This document shows, in pieces, positions 24,201 through 37,280 of a DNA stretch of 64,000 nt. The notes beneath the pieces are model-generated. The model had not been told where the DNA came from. It saw only the letters and a program-made list of their open reading frames with translations, and made no database searches. Origin of the DNA: Geosiphon pyriformis uo1 (Eukaryota; Fungi; Glomeromycota); assembly GCA_016748015.1 (NCBI GenBank), contig JAAOMT010000563.1, forward strand, positions 1 to 64,000, in the 5' to 3' direction. Made by a program: the position numbers and the translations under genes. The stretch's first letter is position 1; every line of letters starts with the position of its first letter.

Positions 24201-26926
24201 AGACTCTTCCTAATCATGACATTCCACTTGTAACAAACATTTAATAAAACAAAACTGAACTGAATCCAATAGCTAATGATAGGCTGCAAGACGGCTGACA
24301 CCAAATATGAGAACTGCTTATTAGTAATAGCTTTCTTCAGTACAACATTAACAAAGAAGCGAACATCAGAATGGACTTTGGCAACACTAGACTTGAACAG
24401 TCCTTCAGTAAACAAAAAAATTCTTAGATAATGATGCACTTCACCTTTTTTGGCAATCGAAATTGGCTGACCACAAATATTCAAAGAAGCAATTTTAACA
24501 CCTTGATTAATGAGAATAGCAACTGTCTTATCATTGTTGATGGAAATGTCATTAATCTCAAAAAATTCACTGGCAATGTCCAAAGCATATTGAGTCGAGG
24601 TCTGACAACTTCTGACCCAAATTGTGTTATCAACAAATATACCAACTGTGAAGTAAGATGTTACTCCACCACTATTCTCAATCCTCCCTGACTTTGAAAC
24701 AAACTTAGTATCAATTCAGTATTCACACAAATGTTCATGCCTCTTAATCTCACACAAAAGGGGATCATAAAATATTCTCCAAAGCAGAAGTAAAAAAACC
24801 CTGCTTTAATCCAATCTATCATACACTCTATAGCCATCAGACAGACCAAAATCAGTCATGACCCTATTAATTCTATTTTCATGTATACTACCAAAAAATC
24901 TTATGAACCTGTTACACATCTTGATCCACAGCAGGCTAGTCTTCAGATGGTACCAACCAATAGAATCATAAGTCTTTCACATATTCTGTAAAACCAACCA
25001 AATTTCTCTGTTCTTCTCAAGAGCATTTTCAACAACAGACTTAACAGCAAACACAGGAGACTGTATAGAAGTGCCTCTTAGCACAGAAAAGTTATTACCC
25101 TGGAGGATGCCAAATTTACTGCAGGCAAATGAGATATGATCAGATAAAATCTTAGAAAGAATCTTTCTCAAAGTTTCAACCAATGCAATAAGATGAGTGT
25201 TCGTAAAAACTTCATCCCAGTCATAGGATTTTGGAATCATCAAAACCCATGCCTTCCTCCACAGAGCAGGCACACCACTCACATTTAAGCACACATTTAG
25301 CAGCCTTAACAGGCAATCTATTACTGTATCACTACCATGCTTCCACAACTTATTAGGAATATCAGATAAGCCAGCAGTCTTTCTATCAGGTAAACCATCA
25401 ATGACTAAGAGCAATTTGCTCAAGCCAATAGAATGCATTACACCAGAAAAAGTGTCATTTCTCACATAATCTAAAGGTGCATACTGGTGGGTCCAGAGAT
25501 CAGACAAAGTCAGGGGCACCATTTGCCTCCTTGTCCAACCCTCCATAATTCTATTCACATTAGACTTAACTTCAGTCAGCTCCACAACCAGCTCATCATC
25601 TACCACCAAATGATCCAGCACTACCTTGTGAAAGGGTCAGTCTAGAATGCTTCTAATCATGTCATCTTTATCAGAACAAAAATTTTCTATTTGCTTCTCT
25701 ATTGCCTTTTTAATAAATGCCTCTTCAGCTAATTTTGACTTATGCATCTTAGACTTCCTATAACTTTTACAAACCAATAACAAATGTTTGAGAATAGACA
25801 TAGGATGAGCATTTGAAAAAACCAGGTCATTAAAAGCACAGACTTTGGTTTCATCTAAGATCAACCAAGTTTTTATGAGACAATCAATCCCAATAGCATC
25901 ACCAAAACTAAATTTTTTAACAATTTTGGCAGCCAATATTTTTAACCCAAAAAACCTGGAAAAATGTCTGTTCCTTAAACACTGAAACTCACTGAACCAG
26001 CACTTCAAAAATATCTTATTGGCCAATTCCACTACTGACTTCTCCAGAATTGTCCACATAATATCTATATTACCACATGCCTTCACATCAGAAAATTCAC
26101 TTTCTGTCAATGACAGCTTAAAAGCTGCACAATTTCTAAACCCCACCCACTTGGCACCATCTGCATTCTTAATATTGAACTTCCAACAATCTTTATTTGC
26201 TTGTTTGTACAAGCTATTCAGACAACTATTTAAGAGACCACCCAAATCAACAGACACTATAACAGCTTTGTGATCAGTATTGAAAAAATCAGAAACAGAG
26301 CCAATTGCATGACCTGCTATTGCTAAAGCCAAGTTCTCATTAACAAAAATGTAGTCAATAGTCTTTTCAATCTCTCTTGAATTGTTTTATGTAGCAGCTT
26401 TGGCCAAAGAATTAAACAAACCCAAATTCAAACAAAATTTAAAGTTCGCACTCCTCCCAGCCCCATTTTCATTAAAATTTTCACTCAATACCACAAAAGT
26501 ACTAGAGTTAATGGCCTTGGCAATAAGAGAGTTTACCTCTGAAGCCTAATTGAACCTAATCCCAGCTGATGCACCAGCATACAAACCCAAGACCATGATT
26601 GAAAGCCTGCCTTTAAATAGGAGTCACACTGAAATAATCCTACCTGAAATCTCTTTTACTCTAGAAACATGACAAGCTAAAGAATTGTTCATAATAACAG
26701 CCACATCAGTACCAAGATAACCTTTATCTAAACCAGACATGAATATCTGTACACCCTTAAACCTATTGGCAATCCAAGGTTTAACACCAGAACGAAGCTT
26801 AGTTTCTATAACAAAAGATACCATATTACCCAAGCTCAAGTGCCACCGAACAACATCTTCTTGTTTAGCAGGTACATTAATATCTCAGATGTTGCATATA
26901 GCAAATTTCCAAATCATACTACTCAT
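21267..26926 (-). pseudogene. LINE 3 ORF2 (APE-RT-RNase H-CCHC), with solo LTR inserted in RNase H
   Basis: ETKL, NTDH, LQNM, FTDGSLKN, YTDSQ, CLLCGEIELLDHAFLC. Confidence 0.88.
22338..23316 (+). mobile_element. Solo LTR related to the Gypsy A family
   Basis: TGTTAT...GTAACA, 979 bp, TSD ATGC at 22334-22337 and 23317-23320; reverse-complement homolog of 28412-29392. Confidence 0.92.
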
Positions 26927-28411
26927 TAAGAAGAAAAAGAGAACAAAGAACTCAAACCAGAGCCCAAAAGATCCAACCTAGCCAATATTAAATGGATTAA
27001 CACTTCTAAAGCCACCAATTTTGACTCTAAACTACACACTTTGGTAGTTAGGACTTTCAAACTGCTGGGACTGAAATCAGAGAGCACAACATCAACTTTA
27101 GGAAGAAAAGAAACAGGTGGTACCAATACTCCATCCAAAGCCATGTCTGAATCCAAATCCAATGCCAAAGAATCAGAAACAACTGGAGGAGATACATGAA
27201 AAACAAAAGGCAGAGACACTGGATTGACAGAACCCAATTTCTTTAAGATGTCAAAAACCTGGTCTGTTACTAGCTCTAGAGAACATTCCAAAAAAGCCAA
27301 ACAATCATTAAAACCAGAGACATCAAAAGAGGCAAAAATTGTGTGAGAAATATTTGTACCTAACACTACACCTATATTTAACAAAGACAAAGAAAAAACA
27401 TGAAAAGGAGAACTGCTGGCAACTTGTGCCCAAGTTTTACCACCAAAAAAAACTGGACAAGCAATAGATGTCTACTTCTTTTTATATATACTGGCTAAAT
27501 GAACCTGATCATAAGAAGTCACCACCCTTTTTCCATGAGCACCAGAATTCCCACTTACAGAACAATCATCAGAAACATGACCAAATTAGTCACACTTAGC
27601 ACAACAAGCCAAAGAAAGACCAGCCCATCTCAAATTCACTCCTTTGAAAACTGGCAAAGAACCAATGGCATTGTTTCTTACTATCAAAACAAACCACTGC
27701 ACATCTATTACAAACATATGAAACAGAATTGTGGTCAATAAAACATGTTCTACTTTCATAAAAGGCTAACAGCTTAGATAAATCATGTGCAGTAATACCA
27801 ATAGACAAAGTGTAAAGCAAAATCCTATAATAATCTCTTGAAATCCATGTTTGTTTATCCCCAACAGCCAATGCCACTCTAACAAAATCTTTTTCCATAA
27901 GAACCGACCACTTGGCAGCAACCATGCTAGTCACATTTGATGACTCAAACTCTACCCAGGCTTTCTGTCAGAGACCAATTAACTGCATCCTTACTGATAC
28001 AACTTTACCAAATTTAGAAAAGACTGATATAACTGCCAATTTGGGAAGATCTACTGGGATTTTCCTGACTATCACTTCCCAATTCAAATGATTGTTTATT
28101 TTTCTTATCTCACTATTGACTAAAATTTTTTTACTAACAGCCAGATCTTTTGCCTTATTCAAACTGGATTCCAAAGTAAAAGATAATTTGATAATCCCAG
28201 AAAATTTTGAGGGAGTAGAAGCTCCCCCAAAACCATCAATTCGATAGAAAATTTTTTTAAGATGCAACAGCTTATTACCAGAGATTTTGTCAGATACTGC
28301 AGAAAATTCAACATCCAATGCAAAAAATTTCTTTGAATCAAAATTCCAGATGTCTTCAACACATGAATCAGCTAATGACAATCTAATGAAACCAACAAAT
28401 TTAGATGCTGG
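26923..28411 (-). pseudogene. LINE 3 ORF1, C-terminal part (N-terminal part at 38262-38751)
   Basis: FALDV, GFGGASTPSKF, VLTTKVCSLESKLVAL match the other ORF1 copies. Confidence 0.85.
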
Positions 28412-29392
28412 TGTTACTGGAGGTTTTTGGTCTCTTCTTAGTTCTTGTATGTTTGTTGTAATGCTGTTAATTCATGACTATGGGAAGTGTTTGAACCTCC
28501 GATAACTGAATTTTATCTTCAAATTATCTCCTATAATTTGAACTGCTGGGCTTATAAGTGGAATGGCCAATTTCATGCCAGTTATTTGTGTAGTTACATT
28601 GTAGTAAATGTCAACTCTTTCCCAGGAATTGCTTATCTGGAAGCTCACTAAAAAATGTGTAATTACTTTGCTGTGAAAGTCAACTCTTCTACAGGAATCT
28701 CATCTGTAGGCTACCCTAATAATTGTAATAAGAAAAAAAAAGAAAAATAAAGAAATGTAAAAGAAATAGAATTCTGTTAAGGAAAACGTTTTTCTATCCA
28801 GGCCTGAAGTCACTAACAATTTATTGAAATTGGTAGCTAGTCAATTTCAAACTGTTGGTAGGAATTGGTTAATTTCAAGAGAAATAATTGAGAATTTGAT
28901 TTTTCAAATTTATTTGATATTTATTTTGTTTTCGTGTGTATAGAAATGATTCTAATTACTAAATCTAAAAGTAAGATACATTTTTTCAAAGAAAAAAGCT
29001 TTTCTTTTATACAACTTGTCATAACACTATTCTATGAACTTGAACTTTGCTATTTTCTACAATTTCACTGAACTAAAAATACATTTTGGTGAACTACAAG
29101 TTATTTCTGCAAACTATTAAATATTTCAGTGAACTATTAATTATTTTGGTGAATTTCTACAAATTTTAGCAAACTTTTTGAATGTTACATAGTTCGGGGT
29201 ATTGCATGATTGATTATCACAATTAGGTTATATTTATGTTATATGCAAATTGGGTTATTAATTAAATAATAATTTCAAACATTTTGCTAATGTAATAAGT
29301 AATAATTTGAAACAATAATATATGCTAATTAATAACAGGGATTATAAAGATAATTTCATGCTAAATAATATCTCTAATTTCATCTGGTAACA
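28412..29392 (-). repeat. 3' LTR of Gypsy A
   Basis: Direct repeat of 37281-38261; TGTTAC...GTAACA. Confidence 0.95.
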
Positions 29393-30080
29393 TAACCTCC
29401 TTCTTAAGACTGAGCTTCGTCAAAGTCCAAGTACTGTCTGTAATTTCCAGATAATAATCCAAAATTATTGAAGAAATTTGGTCTGAAAATTGTTGAAATT
29501 TCAGTTCTGTGAGCTTTCCAATGTATTGAATCTTCAAAGGTTGTAAAATTGGGTTTTGTAGGACGTTTTTACAGGTGTGGAATAAATCATAAAGTCTAAG
29601 AGCAGCTCTTAGTTTATAATGACTGTTTGTAGGTTCAGCTGTTGTCTTAAATTCGTTGTGGAGTTGTTTCTGAATAACTTCTTTTGTGAGGTTTGCTGCT
29701 GTAAGCTTCCGTTTTTGTTCGTGAAGTGTTTTTCCAATGTTGAAATATCTATATATTGGAGTATAGTCACAGTTTTCTTCGTTAAGACACAGTTGAAGTT
29801 TTTGTTGAATAGTAGCATTTAGTGGAATACTAATAGGAGTGAGCATTAAGTTTTCTCTTAAAGCAAGCTTTAAAAGTTCTGGCAGGTGAATTCCAGAATA
29901 ACTTCTTGTGTTCTTCTTATATGGGTGATATTTTTGTGAATTTGGGGCTAAATTTATAACTATTTCTGTTTGGGTATAATTAATGTGGTTTCCAGTAACA
30001 GTAATGGATAATTCAGGTATTGTTTTTAAAGCTAACATTAGTTTTTGGGATAATTGTTGAATGTTTTGAGGAATAGTCAT
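29361..30080 (-). CDS. Gypsy A extra ORF3 (env position), unknown function
   Basis: 239-aa open frame between integrase and PPT; homologous to Gypsy B ORF3. Confidence 0.72.
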   Translation of the reverse strand: MTIPQNIQQLSQKLMLALKTIPELSITVTGNHINYTQTEIVINLAPNSQKYHPYKKNTRSYSGIHLPELLKLALRENLMLTPISIPLNATIQQKLQLCLNEENCDYTPIYRYFNIGKTLHEQKRKLTAANLTKEVIQKQLHNEFKTTAEPTNSHYKLRAALRLYDLFHTCKNVLQNPILQPLKIQYIGKLTELKFQQFSDQISSIILDYYLEITDSTWTLTKLSLKKEVMLPDEIRDII

Positions 30081-30229
30081 TATAAGAGATTTGAAAACAA
30101 AAAAAAATTATTTTTGGTGTATGGGAGGTTTTTTTTTTATGTTATTTTTGTTTTGTTTTTGTGAGATTGTTTCTAAATTATAAGGAGATAACTATAATAA
30201 TAAATTTAAGTTAAGTGTTCAAGTTGGGA

Positions 30230-31600
30230 GGTTGTTCAATGACAACTATTGGTTCTAAATTTCAGGGAATATCTTTGGAATTGATTAAAGGGAAATGTAT
30301 ACCAATTTGTGAAATTAATGGTTCAGGATTGTTTCTGGAATTATAGTGTTTCAAACAATCTCCATATACAACTTTTGCTAAGATTTTGTTATTAAGTCTT
30401 AGTTTGTATAATCCATTGCCTAGGACTTCATTGATAAAGAATGGTCTATTCTATTTATTTTCAAATTTTCCACTCCATTGTTTTTTAGCCTTGGTTTGGT
30501 GTAAAAGAACTTTATTTCCAATTTTAAATTCGTTTGTAACTGGTGGCAGTTTGTTGTCATGTCTTTCTTTTTGTTGGGCTTGTAAATTTTCAATGTGGGT
30601 GGCTGCTATATGTCTTTTTTCTTCTAATGTACTGAGAAAAGTATAAGCTCTTCACTAAAGTGTTTCTTGTAAGTTTTCTTCTGTGATTGGTTGTACTGGA
30701 TATGTTTCTACTGTGAATTTAATTGGTAGTTTTGCTGTTCTTCCATAAGTAAGATCAAATGGTGTGTGTTTTGTTGTATCTTGTTTTAGTGTTCTATATG
30801 TTAGGAACACTGATAAAATAAAGATATCCCATTCCTGTTCAAAATCTGTTGAGACTTTGGTTAGTGATTCACACAATGTTCTGTTGAAATGTTCTACTAG
30901 TCTATTTGTCTATGGATAGTAGAATGAAGATAAAAATCTTTTGACATTAAATCGTTTACAAATTTCTTATATCAGGTTGTTCACAAAATGTGTTTCTTGA
31001 TCTGATAAAAGTTCTATTGGGCATCCATGTCTACAAATGATGTCTTTGAAGATAAAGTTTGCTACTGATTTCGCATCTGCTCATTGAATAGCTCTGGCTT
31101 CGGGCCATTTGGTGAGATAGTCTACAGCTACTGCAATATAATGGTTTCCTTGGTTTGTGATAGGTAGTGGTCCGACTAAATCGATACCAACTCGGTTGAA
31201 AGGCTGTTCAACTTTGATTGGGTTTAAAGGTTCTGTAGAGCGAGTTCCTCCTCTTCTTTGACAACTATCACAAGACTTAATGTATTTATGAATGTCTTTT
31301 CTCATTTGAGGCCAAAAATAATATTCTAGTGTTTTCTGGGTGGTGCTGTTTTTTCCTAGGTGTGCTGATAAAGGATCTAAGTGCATGTTATATAAAATGG
31401 TTTCTTTTTCATGTTCTTGTATTAACCTGAGTGGATTGTCTAGATTTCTGAAGTTTCAATAATAAATCATGTTGTTGTGTAAGAAATATTGTTTGGCTTG
31501 TTGTTGTAACTGATGTTTTTTATCTGAGGACCAATCTGTTGGGATTGTTAATGTCTCCAAATATTGTTTAAGATTGTTGTGGTTTTCGGGGTTCATTGTT
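30230..31600 (-). pseudogene. Gypsy A integrase (HHCC, DDE core, GPY/F-like)
   Basis: H..PLSAHLG...CDSCQ; VGIDLVGPLP; VDYLTKWPEA; TPFDLTYG. Confidence 0.92.
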
Positions 31601-31699
31601 TGTTGTTTTGTTGTTAATTCAAATAGGTGTTGGTTTTGTATTCTAATCTTGCCTCATTCTTGAGAAACAATTAATGTTGGTATGGAGTTTTTCTAGTTT

Positions 31700-33046
31700 G
31701 TGGTGTACAATATATTGGTAGTTGGCTAAAAATCCTGTCCATCGAGTTTGTTTTGTGTTTAGCTAAGTGTTTTTGTTTTGAAGCTATTTGAGTCCAATAT
31801 TATCAGTGATAATATCAAATTTTTTGGGTTTGAGGTAAAGGTTGAAGTGATATAAGGCCCAGATTACTGCTGCAGTTTCTAATTCTGTTGCAAGGTAGTT
31901 CTTTTTGGCTGGTTTCAATGTTCTGCTAGCATAAACAATTACTTGCTCATTTTTATTGTTATCTAACTGTGATAGGATGGCACCAAAGGCAGTATAAAAG
32001 GCATCTGTTGCTAACTGGAATTGGTTGCTGAAATCTGGGTAGGCGAGAATTGGAGCTGTCATTAGTTTTTTTTTAAGGATTTCAAATGCATTTTGGTGTT
32101 CAGCAGTCCATTTGTATTTGACGTTTTTGGTGGTAAGCTGGTTGAAAGGTTTTGCGATTTCTGAGAATCCTTTAATAAACTTCTGATAGTAGGAGACTAA
32201 CTCTATAAATCCTCTTAGTTCTATAGTGTTTTGAAGAGTTTTGAAGTTTTTGACAGCACTGATTTTTCCAGGGTCCAGTTTGATTCCATCTTTACTAACG
32301 ATGTGACTAAGAAAAGCCAAACTTATTTTTCCGAAATAGCATTTTTCGACGTTCAGTTTCAGTCCTGCTTTCTGTAATTGTTGAAAAACTTCTCACAGGT
32401 GTGTTAAGTGTACTTCAAAAGATGGTGAATAAACATCAGTATTATCGAGATAGACAACTACTGATTTCCAAAGGAGGTCTTTGTAAACAACATCCATGAG
32501 TCTTTGGAATGTTGCTGGTGCATTGCATAATCCGAAAGACATTACGTTGAACTCATAATTTTCTCCTTGAGTGGTGAATACTGTTTTGAGGTGATCTTTG
32601 GGATCCATGGCAACTTGCCAATATTCACTCTCTAAATCTAATGTTGAAAAGTATTTGGACCTTCTAAGGGCATCCAACATGTCATCAATTCGGAAAAGAG
32701 AGTAGGCATCTCCAATGGTGACACTGTTGAGTTGTCAATAATCAACACAAAATCGTATTTTTCCATTTTTCTTTTTAACTAGGACCACAGGTGAGATCCA
32801 TGGACTCATTGATGGTTGAATAAGCCCATTGTTAAGTATCCGTTGTACTTCTTCTCTGATAAATTGGTGGCTTTCTGGAGCAACTCGGTAGGCTTGTTGT
32901 TGCTTTGGTTTGGCATCTCCTGTATAGATTTGGTGTTGAACCAAATCAGTTCTTCCTAAGTTATTGTTGTTTTTGGCAAAGATATCAGCAAATTCTGCAA
33001 TTAGCTTTTTGAGCTGGTTCTGTTGTTGTGGTTCAAGTTGTCTCAT
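31700..33046 (-). pseudogene. Gypsy A reverse transcriptase and RNase H
   Basis: SPVVLVKKKNGKIRFCVDY; FGLCNAPATFQR; YLDN (decayed YLDD); LATDA; ELETAAV; IITD. Confidence 0.93.
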
Positions 33047-33469
33047 GTTGATTCAAGATAGTTTTTTCATGACAACATGGTAGTTTTCAGAACTGGGGTT
33101 TGGGTTGATTTTTGGTAGTGAATGTCCAATGATTTCTGAGAAATTGGAAACTGTTTGGAGTTGTTCTTATTGAAAGATGTTACTGTGAATGACTCCAATT
33201 TCTACATTATTTAATAAAACTATGGGATAATTGTTGGAATTGTAAAAAGTAATTTGGACTTTCTTTGTTTCTTCTGGAATATAAATGTTTGGAATCAAGA
33301 TATTATATTCCAAGCAGACTTGTTCATTGGATTCAAAAATTTGTTGTGTGGTTGTTGGCTTTGGGCAGGTGTAGATTTCTGGATGTTTCTCAAAGGATGA
33401 AATAGTAATTGGTTATAGAAGTCATAGAATCTAGTGAGATTTATTTTGTTCATTAAGAGCTATGTTTAC

Positions 33470-33910
33470 TGGAACTGTGAATTGTCCAGTTGAACCAAAA
33501 CCATTGGTTTCTTTTTCACTTTTTCCCAATTGTTCTCTTTGATTGACTAATTGTAAATCTGAAATGTTGATTAAAAAATAAATAAATAGCTTGAGTAATT
33601 TTTTCGGCATGTTCAATCTGAAAAAGTTTATTGGTTTCATTTTGTAACATGATTGTAATGTCTTCTGTATATTCAGCATCTATGATTCCTCCTCTAACAT
33701 TGATTCCTTTGCTTGCCAATGATAATTGTGAAGCAATTTGGACCATTGCTTCTGGTAGAATTTTGAGAGCAATTTTAAGATTGATCTTGGTAAGGGAATT
33801 TGGTTGAAGAACCAAAGTGTCTTTTCCTGAATATTGTAGATCATATCCAGCATTAATTTCATGTGCTTTTTCAGGCTTTATTCTTTGTCCATTGTTGTTG
33901 AAGTATTTGA
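33470..33910 (-). pseudogene. Trimeric dUTPase domain within Gypsy A pol
   Basis: AGYDL, ASQLSLA (RSSLA), GGIIDAEYTEDI, KITQAI, ETNGFGSTG. Confidence 0.9.
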
Positions 33911-34859
33911 GCTGTAAAGCAGGCTGACTTTCAATAAGATAAACAAATGTTATTTTAATTTCTTCCATTGTGTTAGGTTTACCAAATTCAATTTCATATT
34001 CATCACTTTCGCTGGGTAATGGAATGCTAAGAGCATAGCATTTAGGACACCATTGTTCATCACAAGGCATTATGCATTCCTCACATAATTTAATGTTTAT
34101 TTGCTCTAACCATTAAGCTTGAGCTTCTTTGGTCAGGTAGGTGTGACTTGTGATTTGATGGTATACTTCTATTTCATCTTCATAATTGAATTCAGCTAAT
34201 TCCAAGGTATATTTGATATATTCAGCTTCTTTCATTTGAAAAACATCTTCTTTGATTCCTCTGTTAATTAAAACCATAGCAAGTTTGTAGATTATTTCGG
34301 CATTATGGGAGTAATGATGGAGTTTGTTGAAGGCGCTACTGTATGCAGCATTGAAAAGTGTTCCATGTTTTACCTTTTCTGCAATAAAAAGAGCATATTG
34401 GCAAGTTTGATTGCAGACTCCTCTTCTAAATGCAACATCAATCCAGTCACATTTATCGGGAAGCTGTTTTTCACAAGTAAGACAGAGTGTTCTATTCCAT
34501 TTTCTGCTTCTTTTGATTAAGTGGCCCCATTATTCTTGATGACAGGCCTTGCAGTAGTAGCAGGTATGACTTTTATATTCTTCCTCAGATAAAATACAAG
34601 CTTCTATTGATGATAGTTTCTTGTGGCAGTCCTTACATTTAAGGAGAATATAGGAGCATCATTTCCTTGGTTCAGGCTTTGAATAAGAGATATTTCATCC
34701 AGGAGTTTCAGGTTCAGAGTGTGGAGTAAAATGTTCTTGTTCAGTTTCCTTGGCCCAATTGGACGTTGATTCAAGAGCCATAAATGTTTTGATTATTGGT
34801 TTTTCTTCTTTTGGTTCAAATTCAAAAGCCGGAGCTTTTTTGAAGCATTTGTTGAATAT

Positions 34860-35280
34860 ACTACAAGTGGCAGGTATTCAGGCATGTTGTTCTTGGTAAG
34901 AGATTTGTAGTTCTTGGGTTTCCCAGTCTAATTTTGCATTGGCTTTTTGAAGCCAGTCATTTCCGACAAGGGCTTGATACTGAGGAGTGTTCATTACAAG
35001 AACTTTGACTGGAATGGTGATTTCATCAAGAGTAAATGGAAAATTGTCAATTTCTCCCACTGGAGTCTTTTTCATGCCATCAGCAGTGACAATTACTGTT
35101 TGAGCTGGTTGGTCAACATTTCTCTTTAACTGTTGCATCAACTGGTAAGTAATAATACTTCTGGCAGATCCACTGTCTAGGATTAAGTGAATTGTCTTTC
35201 CTTCAACTTCAGCTTCAGTATATATAGCTGTAATTGCTTTCTGTTCATTTGCAGTAGCATTACTAAGTAGAAATGGTGAT
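34860..35280 (-). pseudogene. Gypsy A aspartic protease
   Basis: LILDSGSA and ALVGNDWL. Confidence 0.88.
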
Positions 35281-35479
35281 TTATTGGCTTCAAACTCGAA
35301 AGAAAAGATATCAGAGAAATTGGTATTTTTAGCAATTCTGGCTGGTAGAATTGTGGTAAAAATATAGGAAGGGTTTTGTTGTTGTGCTACAGCTCTACCT
35401 TCCGAAAGTGCAGTATAGTGAAAATCCTGTTCTTCAGGTATTGTAAGATAGCTAGGTTGAGTATGATAATGAGTGGGTC

Positions 35480-37235
35480 TTGGCTGAACTGGATTTCAGA
35501 GAACTAATTGGTTATTTGGGTTGATTCTGTTGTTGTTTGTTGCAAATTGGTTTTGTGGTGCAAATTGGTTTTGTTGAACCAATCTTCAAGCAGGTACTTG
35601 GTAATATTGAATGGGTTGTTGATACTGTTGTTGCATTGGCTGTGGAGCAGGTTGATAGTAGTCAGTTTAATATTGCAGTCTTGGTGGATAGTAAGCTGGT
35701 AGTAGTGGTGGTTGGTAATAAGATTGTTGTGGCGAAGGGTAATGTTGATTACTTCTGTTTTGTTGGTCTCATTGTAGTTTTCTGCAATCTCTTTTCCAGT
35801 GGCCAGGGATTCCACAGTAATGGCAATTTTGGATTTGGTTGTTGGATGGTAGTCCGAAATTGTTTTAATTGTATCATTGTGAAGATTGATATCTTTGTGG
35901 TTGTTGTGATTGCTGTGGCTGCTGTTGTTGCTATTGGTTGGTAAAGTAGTTTTCAACTTTCTTGGTTAATTGGTCAATCTTTTCTTCAGCTGCTAAGCTG
36001 GTTTCTCCAATAGCCAGGTTAACAAGTTTGGTATGGTTGGCTTTTTCTATAGCCATTTCATAATTTTTCGTCTGTTGAATAGCAGTGGCTAAATTTTCTG
36101 GTGCATGTAGATGAACTTTTTTAATAAGTTTGTCTTTTAGTCCAGCAATGAATTGGTCCAAGATTTGTGTATTGGAGTAGTATTCATTGGTTTCCAATTG
36201 GCGAATTCTTCTAAGCAGTTTGTTGAATTTCCCAAGATAGGTCATAACTGATTTACTTGGTTCTTGCTTGATATTTCGGAACTGATTTCGAAGGGTAATA
36301 GAAGTGTTATTGTCAGTGAACTGTTCTAGAAAAGCAGTTTTGAATGCTTCTTAGTGTTCTGGTGGGGCTTCTAAGTTTTCAAACTATTCACCAGCTGTTC
36401 TTTGTAAGAAATATGGAATTGCTTTTAACATTCTGGCAGTATTCCAATCATTTGCATCTTCTGCTTTTAAGACTTTGTCAAGCCATTCTTGAGAACTGGT
36501 TTTACTGTCTTCTCTTGTGAACTCAGGGATTTTTGCAATGTATGTGGAGACTATTTCTTCTTTATTTTCTGAGTTTTCTGTTTCTTGTTCTGATTCAGTC
36601 TCTTCATTTCGATTTTCTGCTAAGTAGTCAATAAGGTTTGTGCTGGTTAATATTGGTTCTTGTTGTTGAATAGGGCTTTTGGGTGACTGAAAATCTTCTA
36701 TTCTTAAAAACCGAATAAGTGGTAAGCTTGGTGTTTGCAGTTGAGCAAGTGAAGCTGGAAATAGTGTAATTGAAAGGGGTAATTTAAAACTGGTTCCTGG
36801 TTCTAAAGTTTGTAAATGTTTGGCAGTGGTTTTGGGTGTATTGGGAGTAGTTTTGAGTTTTTGTTTCCTTTTTTTTTTTTTCTTTCTTTTGTTTCCGATT
36901 CAAAACCAAGAGAAAATTTCTGTTCTACTGGGTAATTCTTTTCACAATACTGAATAATATTAAAGTTGAGTTCTTGGAAATATGTTTCAAGTGTTTGACT
37001 GTTAAAATCCTGAGTGTTTAGATGAGAGTGATGTACTAAGCTTTCATATAAGTTGTGTCTAACTTCTGAAATATTGTAGTCTCCAAAAAGATAATTGTTG
37101 ATGCAATTTTCAATGTACTGGTAAAGTGTTTTCTTGAATGTTTCAATTCCATCTGGGATGTTAAATCTCTGCTTACAGTGGATATAGATTGACTGATAAT
37201 ACTCTAGAGTTCTTAAATCTGTTTGAGTCGCCACT
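35480..37235 (-). pseudogene. Gypsy A gag (N-terminal extension, capsid, CCHC knuckle, Gln/Asn-rich tail)
   Basis: QFIAGLK capsid segment; CHYCGIPGHWKRDC at ~35785-35825; homologous to Gypsy C gag. Confidence 0.85.
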
Positions 37236-37280
37236 TTTGAAGTTGTTGTCACTGTGTTATTTTCGTGAGAAAGCACCAAA

